55,674 bases of DNA from a virus (IMGVR_UViG_3300032282_003382:1-55674), one strand, 5' to 3'. Positions 38,285 to 47,746 are shown, counted from the stretch's first letter. Numbers and translations: made by a program. Notes: a model not told the origin generated them from the letters alone.

Positions 38285-38698
38285 ATGACTTCATGGACCA
38301 TAGCAACCACAGAAAAGAAATCTTGCGAAGAGCGGGAAATCTGGACCAAGGGTGATCAAGAGATTGTAGTAATAAATGGCTTCCGTTGGGGATCATATAG
38401 TGTTGAAACATCTGACGATAATCCACCAGATGGTATTACTGCAGAAAACTCCGAGGGTATTGATATGAATGCTCTATACGGTGACAACATTGAAAACTCA
38501 GAACTAATTAGCATGGATGATGGCTGGTATGGTGACATTGAATATAGCGATAATATCACCGAAGAAGCACAAGAACTAATACAGGAAGGTATTGACGAAG
38601 AAGGCGACCATTATAGTTACTTAGAAAATAATGGTTGGACTAACGATGATACCGAAGCCTGGTTTTTTGGACCGTTGGAAATTACTAAAGAAGATTAA
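38285..38698 (+). CDS. Acidic hypothetical protein
   Basis: GGAG SD; KKS..E, GFRWG, GPLEI. Confidence 0.75.
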   Translation: MTSWTIATTEKKSCEEREIWTKGDQEIVVINGFRWGSYSVETSDDNPPDGITAENSEGIDMNALYGDNIENSELISMDDGWYGDIEYSDNITEEAQELIQEGIDEEGDHYSYLENNGWTNDDTEAWFFGPLEITKED

Positions 38699-39369
38699 TG
38701 CAAGCTCATATCATTACCCTTAAAGGGCATGAGTTATCTGAAAGACTAAGTCAGGAGTGCAGAGCCCAGGCAGCAAAGTTTAATATAACTGCCTGGGTTT
38801 TTGATGCCATCTGGGGTAAAGATTATGCTGAACATGCCAGTAAGTTAAATATCCACATCCATCCAACTGTACCTAATGGTAAAATGACCATAGGTCACTA
38901 TGGTAATTTTCTGAGCCATTTTTATCTATGGCAGCAATGCGTTAAAGATGCTAAACCTTATCTGATATTAGAACACGATGGCTACTTCATTAAGCCGCTA
39001 CCTAATAATATTTTAGATCAGTTCACTGATGTACTTAAACTAGACAGTATTGATCCGTATCGCAAAGACTATGAGCAAGTAATGGCTGACGAGTTTAATA
39101 TGCCATTGTGTATCCGAAATATAAAGCCTAGTAAAGTTAAACAAGCTGGTGGTTACACCTGGGGCTGTTATGCCTATATTATTAAACCACATGCTGCCCA
39201 AAAACTTATTGACTGGGTCAAAGAATATGGGTTCTTACCCACAGATAATCAGATAGGCCTTGGTATTATAGATATTAAAACTTGTTATCCAACCATAGCA
39301 AGGATGCATCCATTTTTGTGCATAGGAGATAATATCTATACCCAATCTACAGCAGCCTACACCGAGTAG
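38698..39369 (+). CDS. Glycosyltransferase family 25-like
   Basis: FDAIWG, GNFLSHFYLWQQC, LILEHDG, AYIIKPHAAQKLI, PTD. Confidence 0.85.
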   Translation: MQAHIITLKGHELSERLSQECRAQAAKFNITAWVFDAIWGKDYAEHASKLNIHIHPTVPNGKMTIGHYGNFLSHFYLWQQCVKDAKPYLILEHDGYFIKPLPNNILDQFTDVLKLDSIDPYRKDYEQVMADEFNMPLCIRNIKPSKVKQAGGYTWGCYAYIIKPHAAQKLIDWVKEYGFLPTDNQIGLGIIDIKTCYPTIARMHPFLCIGDNIYTQSTAAYTE

Positions 39370-39383
39370 TCCATAAATAAAAA

Positions 39384-40484
39384 ATGGAAGATAATAAGCA
39401 CGAAACACTTACACAACAATATAGCACCTGGGGCGATAAGTTATTACAACATACTGATGTTTTACATAGCATTCAGTTTAAAAGGCAATTTAAACCCATA
39501 ACTGTTCAGCTGAGTCCAGTAGAAGCTTGTAGTAGCGGCTGTCCATTTTGTAGTGTTGCTGAGAGACCATTAAAGTCATATCTGCCCTGGGCTGATCTTA
39601 AAAAAGTACTAGAGGATTTTAAATCCCTGGGTGCCAAAAGCATAGAGATAACTGGTGGCGGTGAACCTTTATTATACAGGGATAAAGAAGCCAAGACTGA
39701 CATCAATTCCATTGTAGAATATGCTTCAGAGCTAGGATATGACATTGGTATCATAACCAACACTTTAAAACTAAATCGTATTAAACCAGAAAACTTTGAT
39801 AAAATTAAATGGATTCGCATAAGCCTAATTAAACTGGATGAAGGTTATAATCCAGAAGATTATGATTTTGCTGGATTCCCCAAGTCTAAAATTGGTCTAA
39901 GCTATATCATTTATGAAGGTACTCAAGGAACTGGTACTAGACTAGGCATGAGTTATAAGCCTACTGATGTTGAGACCATAAACAGAATTGCCAAAGTAGT
40001 TGAATTACATCCTGAAATTAAATTCGTTAGAATTGCTGGTAATTGTTTAATCAAAGGTAATAATGCTCTGATCCGAGACAAGTTTAAAAGAGTAATAGAT
40101 GCCATAGACACCAATAACAAGATATTCATTAAAGATATTGGTGATGATGACAGTCCCTTTGATCAGGGCTGTTATGTGGGCATGGTTAGGCCTTATGTAG
40201 CACCTGATCCCACTGGTACTGGAAAATACAAAGTTTACACCTGTACTAGTCATGTTCTGAACAAGCAAAATTATGATTTAGACTATGCCCTGTGTGATGT
40301 AGATAATATTAAGTCAACCTGGGAAGCATTAAATAAGAATTATGCAGACCAGGGTTATCCATATCAGATAAAAAACAACTGCGGTACAAATTGGACTGAA
40401 TCATGTAACTATTGTTACTACAAGTTCAATAACAAGATACTGCATACTGTTGCCCAGGAAATGCCTGATAAAAATTTTGCTTAA
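39384..40484 (+). CDS. Radical SAM protein with C-terminal SPASM/twitch-like Cys cluster
   Basis: CSSGCPFC, ITGGGEPLL, ITN, CY...CTS...CNYC. Confidence 0.9.
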   Translation: MEDNKHETLTQQYSTWGDKLLQHTDVLHSIQFKRQFKPITVQLSPVEACSSGCPFCSVAERPLKSYLPWADLKKVLEDFKSLGAKSIEITGGGEPLLYRDKEAKTDINSIVEYASELGYDIGIITNTLKLNRIKPENFDKIKWIRISLIKLDEGYNPEDYDFAGFPKSKIGLSYIIYEGTQGTGTRLGMSYKPTDVETINRIAKVVELHPEIKFVRIAGNCLIKGNNALIRDKFKRVIDAIDTNNKIFIKDIGDDDSPFDQGCYVGMVRPYVAPDPTGTGKYKVYTCTSHVLNKQNYDLDYALCDVDNIKSTWEALNKNYADQGYPYQIKNNCGTNWTESCNYCYYKFNNKILHTVAQEMPDKNFA

Positions 40485-41068
40485 TGAACAAATTCGACGA
40501 ACAATACTACAAAACAAATAACTACACAAATTACTTAAGTAAAAAAGAACGATATCTCAGAACAGCCGATGAGATATATCAGACTTTTAATAAGTTTAGC
40601 ATACTTAATACAGAATCTACCATATTGGATTATGGTTGTGGTGTAGGATTTTTAATTGCTGGTTTTGAAAAAATTGGATTTCAGAATGTCTATGGATACG
40701 ATATATCTGAATGGGCCACTGCCAAAGCATCAGAGTTTGGTCATAAACTAATATCTAAACCAGAGGGCTTTTATGATCTGGGTATCTTTTTAGATGTTTT
40801 GGAACACATGACTGATGAACAAATAGATACTACTTTTTTAAAATTAGAATTTGACAAAGTATTGGTGCGCATACCTTGCAGCGTACCCACAGATCCAAAA
40901 CGATTCTTTTTAGAAGTAAGCAGGCAGGATGATACCCATATTAATTGTAAAACACCATCAGGCTGGATTGAATGTTTCCGTAAAATAGGATACAAGGTCC
41001 ATTTGGAACTGAATATGGCCAGTATATACAATTCTGATGGATGTTTTTGCAGTTTGTTTATCAGATGA
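40484..41068 (+). CDS. Class I SAM-dependent methyltransferase
   Basis: ILDYGCGVG, GYDISEW, DVLEHM, DTHIN. Confidence 0.9.
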   Translation: MNKFDEQYYKTNNYTNYLSKKERYLRTADEIYQTFNKFSILNTESTILDYGCGVGFLIAGFEKIGFQNVYGYDISEWATAKASEFGHKLISKPEGFYDLGIFLDVLEHMTDEQIDTTFLKLEFDKVLVRIPCSVPTDPKRFFLEVSRQDDTHINCKTPSGWIECFRKIGYKVHLELNMASIYNSDGCFCSLFIR

Positions 41069-41070
41069 GC

Positions 41071-41099
41071 TTGACTATTATTGTAGTATCGTATAATAT
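41071..41099 (+). promoter_or_regulatory. Sigma70-type promoter
   Basis: TTGACT then TATAAT (15 nt spacer) or TAATAT (17 nt spacer). Confidence 0.6.
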
Positions 41100-41130
41100 T
41101 AGTTCTTAATTAAGTGCCAAGGAGTAGCTA

Positions 41131-41595
41131 ATGCTATTAAAGTTATTGGACAAGCTGGGCCGTAAGCGTATTGTAATGGATAGAGTAAACAATGAACCTT
41201 ATCTGGAGCGGTATTATGTTTTTCTCAAGGACCGAGGAGTATTTCCATTTAATGTCTTTCTACACAAGTTTCTTAAGTCAGATCCCGATGACTTGCATGA
41301 TCATCCTTGGCCTTATGCCACGCTGATACTTAAAGGCGGTTACTGGGAATGGATGCCTAAATTCGATGATACCGGTAATAAAATATCTGAGTACAAAGTT
41401 TGGCGTGGACCTGGACATTTTAGGATTAGTAGTGCCAAAAGTTTTCACAGAGTAGAATTAGAGCCAGGTGTAACAGCCTGGAGTTTGTTTATGCCAGGCC
41501 CTAAGCAAAGAGAATGGGGATTTCTTAGCAAAGGTGTCTGGATTCAATGGGAAAAATATCTTGAACTTAGACGGCTTAATGCTCAAAAAATATAA
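41131..41595 (+). CDS. Cupin-fold protein
   Basis: LHDHPW...ILKGGYWE...FHRVEL; AAGGAG SD. Confidence 0.8.
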   Translation: MLLKLLDKLGRKRIVMDRVNNEPYLERYYVFLKDRGVFPFNVFLHKFLKSDPDDLHDHPWPYATLILKGGYWEWMPKFDDTGNKISEYKVWRGPGHFRISSAKSFHRVELEPGVTAWSLFMPGPKQREWGFLSKGVWIQWEKYLELRRLNAQKI

Positions 41596-41803
41596 ACATA
41601 TCTTTTTTGACATAGATAAACCTTTGACTCCTAATGATAAACACTATACACTAATCTACAACTATACATCGCCCAAAAGACATTGTAGAGTCTGGTATGA
41701 CGTTAGATACAAAGAAGAAGCTTTTGTATTTTGGTTTGCTAACATGAAAAACATTTACAACAATAATTTGAAAGACTATTATGACACAGAAACTAACTAT
41801 TGA
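41579..41803 (+). CDS. Hypothetical protein
   Basis: Fills gap and overlaps both neighbours; start moved to ATG 41579. Confidence 0.45.
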   Translation: MLKKYKHIFFDIDKPLTPNDKHYTLIYNYTSPKRHCRVWYDVRYKEEAFVFWFANMKNIYNNNLKDYYDTETNY

Positions 41804-42281
41804 TCACAAGCAGTTCCAGAGCATTGTAGCTGCAATTTGTAGAGACATTGTTCTGGACGATTGGCGTCCTGATTATATTGTGGGTATTACTCGTGGTGGG
41901 TTACTACCCGCAGTTCTTATAAGTCATTATTTGGATGTACCTATGCACACTCTTAAGGTAAGCCTGCGTGATACTTCTGATACTGAAAGTAATTGCTGGA
42001 TGGCCGAGGATGCGTTCAATGGTAAAAACATTCTGATTGTTGATGATATTAACGATAGTGGTGCTACCATTAATTGGATTATGTCAGACTGGCAAGCCAG
42101 TGCATATCCTAAAGATTTGAAATGGAATGATATCTGGGGTAACAATGTCAGAGTAGCTGTTATTGTAGACAACTTATCAAGCCAGTCTAACCTTAGTGCT
42201 CATTATGTAGGTATGGAAGTAAACAAGGCAGAGAATGATGTCTGGATTGATTTTCCATATGAAGACTGGTGGATGAAATGA
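41781..42281 (+). CDS. Type I (purine) phosphoribosyltransferase, Gpt/Hpt-like
   Basis: IVGITRGGLLPA, ILIVDDINDSGAT (PRPP loop), WIDFPYE. Confidence 0.9.
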   Translation: MTQKLTIDHKQFQSIVAAICRDIVLDDWRPDYIVGITRGGLLPAVLISHYLDVPMHTLKVSLRDTSDTESNCWMAEDAFNGKNILIVDDINDSGATINWIMSDWQASAYPKDLKWNDIWGNNVRVAVIVDNLSSQSNLSAHYVGMEVNKAENDVWIDFPYEDWWMK

Positions 42282-42652
42282 CAGCCCTGATTGATGCTCA
42301 ACTATCAGGATATGCACCCTGGACTGATGAAGTAGAAGAACTATCAGACTTTCATGTAGCTGTATACAAAGATAAATTTGCAGTATCTCCAGGCCATTTA
42401 TTGTTTGTGCCTAGACACAATACTCCAGAAGTTATACAAGATGCGTTCTATAGTGCCTATATGCATGGTTGCCGTTTAAAACTCAGCGAACAATGTGATG
42501 GGTTTAATATAGGCATGAACACTGGAGACGCCGCAGGACAAACAGTTATGTACCCCCATATACATCTAATTCCCAGATACCGAGGTGATGTAGAGAATCC
42601 CCGTGGTGGTGTTCGTAATGTTATACCAGGCAAAGGTGATTACAAAGCATAA
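42278..42652 (+). CDS. HIT family nucleotide hydrolase
   Basis: SPGHLLFVPR, GFNIGMNTGDAAGQTVMYPHIHLIPR (first His replaced by Tyr). Confidence 0.9.
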   Translation: MTALIDAQLSGYAPWTDEVEELSDFHVAVYKDKFAVSPGHLLFVPRHNTPEVIQDAFYSAYMHGCRLKLSEQCDGFNIGMNTGDAAGQTVMYPHIHLIPRYRGDVENPRGGVRNVIPGKGDYKA

Positions 42653-43473
42653 TGCCTGGTATAGACAATTGGTTAAACCTTAACCTAATTCCTGGAGACA
42701 CAAGCAATCTAACAAAACAGTTAGCATGCCAGTTCAATCTGGGCACAGTTAAAAAGTTATCTATAAACGATGCTGCTGATTATACGGCAGATATCATATA
42801 TCAAAAGTATAAGGATCTGTACTTAAGTTTTAGTGGTGGGCTAGATAGTATGTTTGTGGCCAATGTCTTATATAGAAATAAAATACCATTTAAACCTATT
42901 ATTTTTGATTGGTATTGGCAAGAACCTGAGTGCTGGCATGCCTATGACTGGTGTGAAAAGCATCAGATTGAACCCATAGTTTATACTATAACTAAAGATA
43001 CTGAACAGGAATTTTTAGAAAAAATACTTAAGTATGCTTTGCAAGTTAAAACTCCAGCTAAGATTGGTTATATACCCATAATCCTGGCAGAAACATTACC
43101 TATTACTGGCAGGCTCATTACAGGTTATGGTGATCCGTTTTATATTTCAGTTAGTTATTCTGAGCCCATGGGCGATGTTTTTGAAATATCAGAACACGAC
43201 TATTATATGGATTTAGTTTACGGGTCAGATCATCCAGGTGGATTTTTAAGTTATACTCCAGAAATGTTTTTTAGCCTGGTGCGAAATATTCCAAATCATC
43301 TTAATACACAACAAGCCAAGGCTGAAATTTATGGATTAGAGTTCAGGCCAAAGTTTAATAATATTAATGTATTACCCTGGGGTAAATATCAAACACTCAG
43401 AGACAAGATAAATAAACCGTTTGAACTTACCGTACAACGATACCATAAAACTTCATTACTTAAATTGTTATGA
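42652..43473 (+). CDS. PP-loop ATPase-like protein
   Basis: LYLSFSGGLDS, LITGYGDP, GFLSYTPEM. Confidence 0.7.
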   Translation: MPGIDNWLNLNLIPGDTSNLTKQLACQFNLGTVKKLSINDAADYTADIIYQKYKDLYLSFSGGLDSMFVANVLYRNKIPFKPIIFDWYWQEPECWHAYDWCEKHQIEPIVYTITKDTEQEFLEKILKYALQVKTPAKIGYIPIILAETLPITGRLITGYGDPFYISVSYSEPMGDVFEISEHDYYMDLVYGSDHPGGFLSYTPEMFFSLVRNIPNHLNTQQAKAEIYGLEFRPKFNNINVLPWGKYQTLRDKINKPFELTVQRYHKTSLLKLL

Positions 43474-44282
43474 CACCAGTAATTTTTACGCATAAAGATA
43501 TATTTAAAAACAAAAACTATTTTAGCACATACAATTATATTCTGGATAGGAATTTTAAGTATTCAACAAATATTTGTCCACACCGTGGCTATGCTTTATC
43601 CAGACCCACCTACGCATTCAATGATTTAAGTTGTGGATTACATGGTTGGTCCTGGGACTTAAATGGAAAAGCCAGTCAACCCAATCAATCTAATTTAGTT
43701 CAGAAACAAGCCACCTTAGGGAAAAGTGGATTTATATTCAAGGACTTTGAAGAGCCAAATACTCCCTGGGTACATGAGCTAGGTGCTGAAGATTTAGAGT
43801 ATAGCCATAGTTTTTATAGAAAATGTCCTGGTGACTGGCGCTGGCAGATGGAGATGCATATTGATTTAGCTCATGTGCCTTACATACATCCTACATTGTC
43901 TAGCTACATAGACATAACTAAAATTAAAACAGAAGCTGGTGAAAATTATATTGCACAGTATCATGATCATGGCTGGTGGTTGTTTGTATATCCTGGTATA
44001 CATATAGAATATGAGCCAGGTAAAATTTACATTTCTGAAATGATACCCAATAAAACTGGATTGGGCTATGAGATGTTTGGGCATTATTTGTTTGATCCAT
44101 TACTTTCAGAATCAGAAAAAAATAATTTCTGCTTTGTGAATGAAACTACTCTGGATGAAGACATAGCAGCAGTAGCTAAAATGAAAATGGATTTTGTGAA
44201 ACCTAAGCCAACCACAGACCCATTGGAAGTATATAATCTACACTGGTATGATTTTTATAAAGAAAATTATCATGCCAGGTAG
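43470..44282 (+). CDS. Rieske non-heme iron oxygenase alpha-subunit-like protein
   Basis: CPH-x16-CGLH Rieske motif; E-x3-D-x2-H-x4-H (EMHIDLAHVPYIH) and distal ED. Confidence 0.85.
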   Translation: MTPVIFTHKDIFKNKNYFSTYNYILDRNFKYSTNICPHRGYALSRPTYAFNDLSCGLHGWSWDLNGKASQPNQSNLVQKQATLGKSGFIFKDFEEPNTPWVHELGAEDLEYSHSFYRKCPGDWRWQMEMHIDLAHVPYIHPTLSSYIDITKIKTEAGENYIAQYHDHGWWLFVYPGIHIEYEPGKIYISEMIPNKTGLGYEMFGHYLFDPLLSESEKNNFCFVNETTLDEDIAAVAKMKMDFVKPKPTTDPLEVYNLHWYDFYKENYHAR

Positions 44283-45150
44283 GAATAATTGGGTAAAACT
44301 TTCTTATGACGGTAAACCTCAAAGAAGTTTGTCTGAAAGTTTTATAATAACATACACAGAAAAAACTGATCGCATTATTAGTTTTAAACAGGCATGTACT
44401 GAATCAGCTCAGGAAATCTTTGACACTTATAAGAATGTCTATGTTAGTATGAGTGGAGGTTCTGATAGTGAATGTGTAGCAAACAGTTTTTATAATGCTG
44501 GATTGCCCTTTACCCCTGTAATATTAAAGATAGAAGATTATAACAGACATGACATTGTATATGCTCTGGACTGGTGTAAACAACGAAACATTAATCCTGT
44601 AGTTATCGAGCATGAAGTACAAAGCTGGGTATCTACTATAGCTGCATTACAAAAATTAGACCGTAACAGAATGTTATGGGGCATGGGCAATGTTTGGTTG
44701 GCTGATCATGTTAAACAATTAGGTGGTTATTTAGTAACTGGCTGCTGTGACCTACAACTCATACCTGATCCTGATTTAGAATTAGAATATTCTAAGCTAA
44801 ATGCCAAGTTTCAGGGTCAGTATGTACACTGGGAATGTGACTATGCTGTGGATCATCACGACCCAGGATATCATCCCAATGGATTCTTTATTTGGAAACC
44901 TGAAATGTTGCTGAGCTTCATAAATGAACGCAATCCAGCTTGGACTAATGCAGAAGCAAAATGGAATGTATATAAGGTTGGTCCCAGACCTAAATATGTG
45001 GGCATGGAAAATATTGACTTTGAAACAATTTATAGTACAATACGAAGTCCAGTTACAATTAAAAAGATAGTAGGCAAACACGATTGGATATTAGCTGGAA
45101 CTAATGAAACTTTATGGCAAGATATCTACGCTGGGAAAAAGCCAGCATAA
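44272..45150 (+). CDS. PP-loop ATPase-like protein, paralog of 42652
   Basis: VYVSMSGGSDS, LVTG..D, GFFIWKPEM; start moved to ATG 44272. Confidence 0.7.
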   Translation: MPGRNNWVKLSYDGKPQRSLSESFIITYTEKTDRIISFKQACTESAQEIFDTYKNVYVSMSGGSDSECVANSFYNAGLPFTPVILKIEDYNRHDIVYALDWCKQRNINPVVIEHEVQSWVSTIAALQKLDRNRMLWGMGNVWLADHVKQLGGYLVTGCCDLQLIPDPDLELEYSKLNAKFQGQYVHWECDYAVDHHDPGYHPNGFFIWKPEMLLSFINERNPAWTNAEAKWNVYKVGPRPKYVGMENIDFETIYSTIRSPVTIKKIVGKHDWILAGTNETLWQDIYAGKKPA

Positions 45151-45159
45151 ATATTAGTC

Positions 45160-45231
45160 AGAGGACTTGGCATTCACCCCTCTTAAAACATTCTGCATGC
45201 CATAAAACTTACTCAGAGAAAGAGGCAAGAG
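45160..45231 (+). ncRNA. Candidate preQ1-I-like riboswitch / pseudoknotted queD leader
   Basis: P1 AGAGG(45160-64)/CCTCT(45179-83); loop TGGCAT pairs with ATGCCA(45197-202); A-rich linker; sits before queD. Confidence 0.55.
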
Positions 45232-45711
45232 ATGGCAAAATACATTTCAACAAAAACTTATAAACAAATTGGCCCAGTGGCCTATCGTCAATGGCGTGCT
45301 GATAGTCATTGCAATCTAGTTCATGGATACGCACTTAGTTTCCACTTTGAATTTGAATGTGATACCCTGGACGCTCGTAATTGGTGCATGGACTTCGGTG
45401 GGCTTCGTCCACTAAAAGATAAACTAGAGGAATGGTTCGACCATACTCTATTGGTTGCACAGGATGATCCTCATCGTGATGCACTACTAAACTTAGGTAA
45501 ACTGGGCATAGCCAAGATCACCGAAGTGGAAAAAACTGGCTGCGAAGGCTTGGCTGACTTCCTGTACGAATATATCAACACCATATTCTTCCCCATGTAT
45601 GGAACAGAAGAAGCCAAGCGTGTGTGGTGTTGCAAAGTAGAAGTCAGAGAGACCGATGCTAACATGGCCATGCGTGTGGGTCATAGAGAAGACAACGAGT
45701 TTAGTGATTAA
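45232..45711 (+). CDS. queD: 6-carboxy-5,6,7,8-tetrahydropterin synthase
   Basis: HCNLVHGY, MDFG, FDHT, GCEGLA, VEVRET. Confidence 0.9.
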   Translation: MAKYISTKTYKQIGPVAYRQWRADSHCNLVHGYALSFHFEFECDTLDARNWCMDFGGLRPLKDKLEEWFDHTLLVAQDDPHRDALLNLGKLGIAKITEVEKTGCEGLADFLYEYINTIFFPMYGTEEAKRVWCCKVEVRETDANMAMRVGHREDNEFSD

Positions 45712-46568
45712 TGAATGCGCTGGACATAAAATGGTTGCATGTTGAACCTAGTTCAAGATGTAATGCTTATTGTCCAGCGTGTCCCAGAAATAATGGATCT
45801 ACTCAAAAACAAGAATTTATCCAGACTGATTTAGATACAGAAAAATTTGAAGTTGTTGTAAAATCATTGTACAATTTAGAAACTATCCAGTTTTGTGGAA
45901 ATTTAGGTGAACCTGTAATAGCACATAATTTTTTAGACTTAATACACATAGCTAAAAAACATTGTACAAAAATACAAATCCACACAAACGGCAGTTTAAG
46001 AAATATTACTTGGTGGAAAGAATTAGCTGCGCTGTTACAAGATATAGAACATAATGTTTGGTTTGGTATTGATGGCATTAATGACATCCATGCAATTTAT
46101 AGACAAGGCACTGATTACACAAAGATAATAGACAATGCTAGTAGTTTTATTAATAATGGTGGACATGCTACCTGGCAGTTTATACCCTTTGATCATAATA
46201 AACATCAAATTTTAGAATGTATGAGATTAAGTCAGCAACTGGGATTTAAAAACTTTAAATTTGTAAAATCATATAGACAACAACAACAAGTGAATAACAT
46301 TCATTGGCGAACTAAAGAAAATGTTAGTATTAATACACCTAACGAAGTTATTCACTTATTAAGAAAAGAACAAAATATAGAAGCTATGTCAGTCCAAGAA
46401 AAAGACTGTATGCATCTATCTTATCCCAGTGTGTACTTATCAGCACTGGGTAAACTGAGCACTTGTTGTTACTTTGGTAATATTCAATGGTATGATGATG
46501 TGTACCAACTATTGGAGAGTAAATTAGATTTAACTCACCATCGTTGTTTGGAATCATGTGGGGAATAG
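45711..46568 (+). CDS. Radical SAM protein
   Basis: CNAYCPAC, GNLGEP, HTNG, FGIDG, YRQG, HN.HQ, C...CC...C. Confidence 0.88.
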   Translation: MNALDIKWLHVEPSSRCNAYCPACPRNNGSTQKQEFIQTDLDTEKFEVVVKSLYNLETIQFCGNLGEPVIAHNFLDLIHIAKKHCTKIQIHTNGSLRNITWWKELAALLQDIEHNVWFGIDGINDIHAIYRQGTDYTKIIDNASSFINNGGHATWQFIPFDHNKHQILECMRLSQQLGFKNFKFVKSYRQQQQVNNIHWRTKENVSINTPNEVIHLLRKEQNIEAMSVQEKDCMHLSYPSVYLSALGKLSTCCYFGNIQWYDDVYQLLESKLDLTHHRCLESCGE

Positions 46569-46594
46569 TCCACATTAACTTTAAGGAGAAATAA

Positions 46595-47206
46595 ATGTTA
46601 GATAAGTTATTACCTGGTATTGATAAAGCTCTAGCTACTAAGCTAGTGATTTTTCATACCTTCATTATTGCACTAAGTAATTACCTGGTAAGCATGAAGT
46701 TTGAGTTATTGGGATTCCCACTAACTTACGCTGCATTCACCTTCCCACTAGTCGTCGTTGCAACTGACTTGACTGTTAGGATGGTAGGTAAGAGCCTGGG
46801 CAGAGCAGTAGTAGGACTTAGTTTTATCCCAGCAATTTGTGCCAGTATCTGGGTAGTTATAGCGTCTGGTGCTCCAGAAAGCGTTGCACTTAGAATTGGT
46901 GTTGCTAGTGGTGTAGCATACCTAATCAGTACATTGCTTGATGTTTATGTGTTCCAGTGGTTCAGAGAGAAGTATAGCTCTTGGTGGATTGCACCAACCC
47001 TGAGTAGTGTAGTTACTAGCATTATTGATACCTACGCATTCTTTGGTACGGCGTTCCATAATAGTGCCAACGAGTTTATGGCAGCAAACTGGCAAGTAGT
47101 AGCTACTAACCAGATCATTACTAAGATTGTTGTTAGCTTACTTGTTATTCTGCCAGCTTATGGTGTATTGCTCAATTATTTGCAAAAGAAGATTGAAGCT
47201 GAATAA
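46595..47206 (+). CDS. yhhQ: Queuosine-precursor (preQ0/preQ1) transporter, YhhQ/VUT family
   Basis: IIALSNYLV, AFTFPLVVVATDLTVRMVG, RIGVAS..AY, LLDVYVF, IDTYAFF..AF, LPAYGVLL. Confidence 0.9.
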   Translation: MLDKLLPGIDKALATKLVIFHTFIIALSNYLVSMKFELLGFPLTYAAFTFPLVVVATDLTVRMVGKSLGRAVVGLSFIPAICASIWVVIASGAPESVALRIGVASGVAYLISTLLDVYVFQWFREKYSSWWIAPTLSSVVTSIIDTYAFFGTAFHNSANEFMAANWQVVATNQIITKIVVSLLVILPAYGVLLNYLQKKIEAE

Positions 47207-47411
47207 CAATCAGTTGTTGTCTTGGGTGGCCAATGCTGTTATAGTATTGGCCACTGTCACCACAGCATTTGACATCATACCCGCAAATAAAGTATTATTC
47301 CTTGTGGGCTGTATACTTTGGACTATAGTTGGAATAAAATGGCGTCAACCAAGTCTGTGGTCACTTAATATATTTTGCGGATTGTTATACATTATAGGAT
47401 TGTTGAAATGA
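47193..47411 (+). CDS. Small 3-TM membrane protein
   Basis: Hydrophobic ORF (WVANAVIV, YP-like IIPAN, W..VGIKW); start uncertain, TTG 47193 chosen. Confidence 0.55.
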   Translation: MKLNNNQLLSWVANAVIVLATVTTAFDIIPANKVLFLVGCILWTIVGIKWRQPSLWSLNIFCGLLYIIGLLK

Positions 47412-47746
47412 AAGCACAAAAACCAGCCGAGGGAATCCTCAAACAACATGATTGGGGCAAATCTAAGGTCTATCAGGTCATCTGCGATTGTGGCCAATCT
47501 GACCACACCCACACAGTATGGGTAGAAGCAGATGATTGTAATGTATCTGTACAAATTTATGTAGATGTTAAAAGCCCATCTTGGAGCATGAATCGTTTTA
47601 AACAAATCTGGACATTGTTAACTACAGGTTATCTACGGCACGAAACTGCGTTATCCATGTCTAATCAACAAGCTCTGAATTATGCAGAAGCATTAAAGTC
47701 TGCCATCAAAGATGTTGAAAACTTTAGAAAGAAAACCAATGTCTAA
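47408..47746 (+). CDS. Hypothetical protein
   Basis: MKAQKPAEGIL, CDCG..DH, QQALNYA; ATGA overlap. Confidence 0.7.
   Translation: MKAQKPAEGILKQHDWGKSKVYQVICDCGQSDHTHTVWVEADDCNVSVQIYVDVKSPSWSMNRFKQIWTLLTTGYLRHETALSMSNQQALNYAEALKSAIKDVENFRKKTNV

Noticed and set aside
42652-45150. Calling the PP-loop proteins QueC
   Set aside because: They have SGGxDS but lack the YGQ and CxxCxxC Zn motifs and other QueC hallmarks
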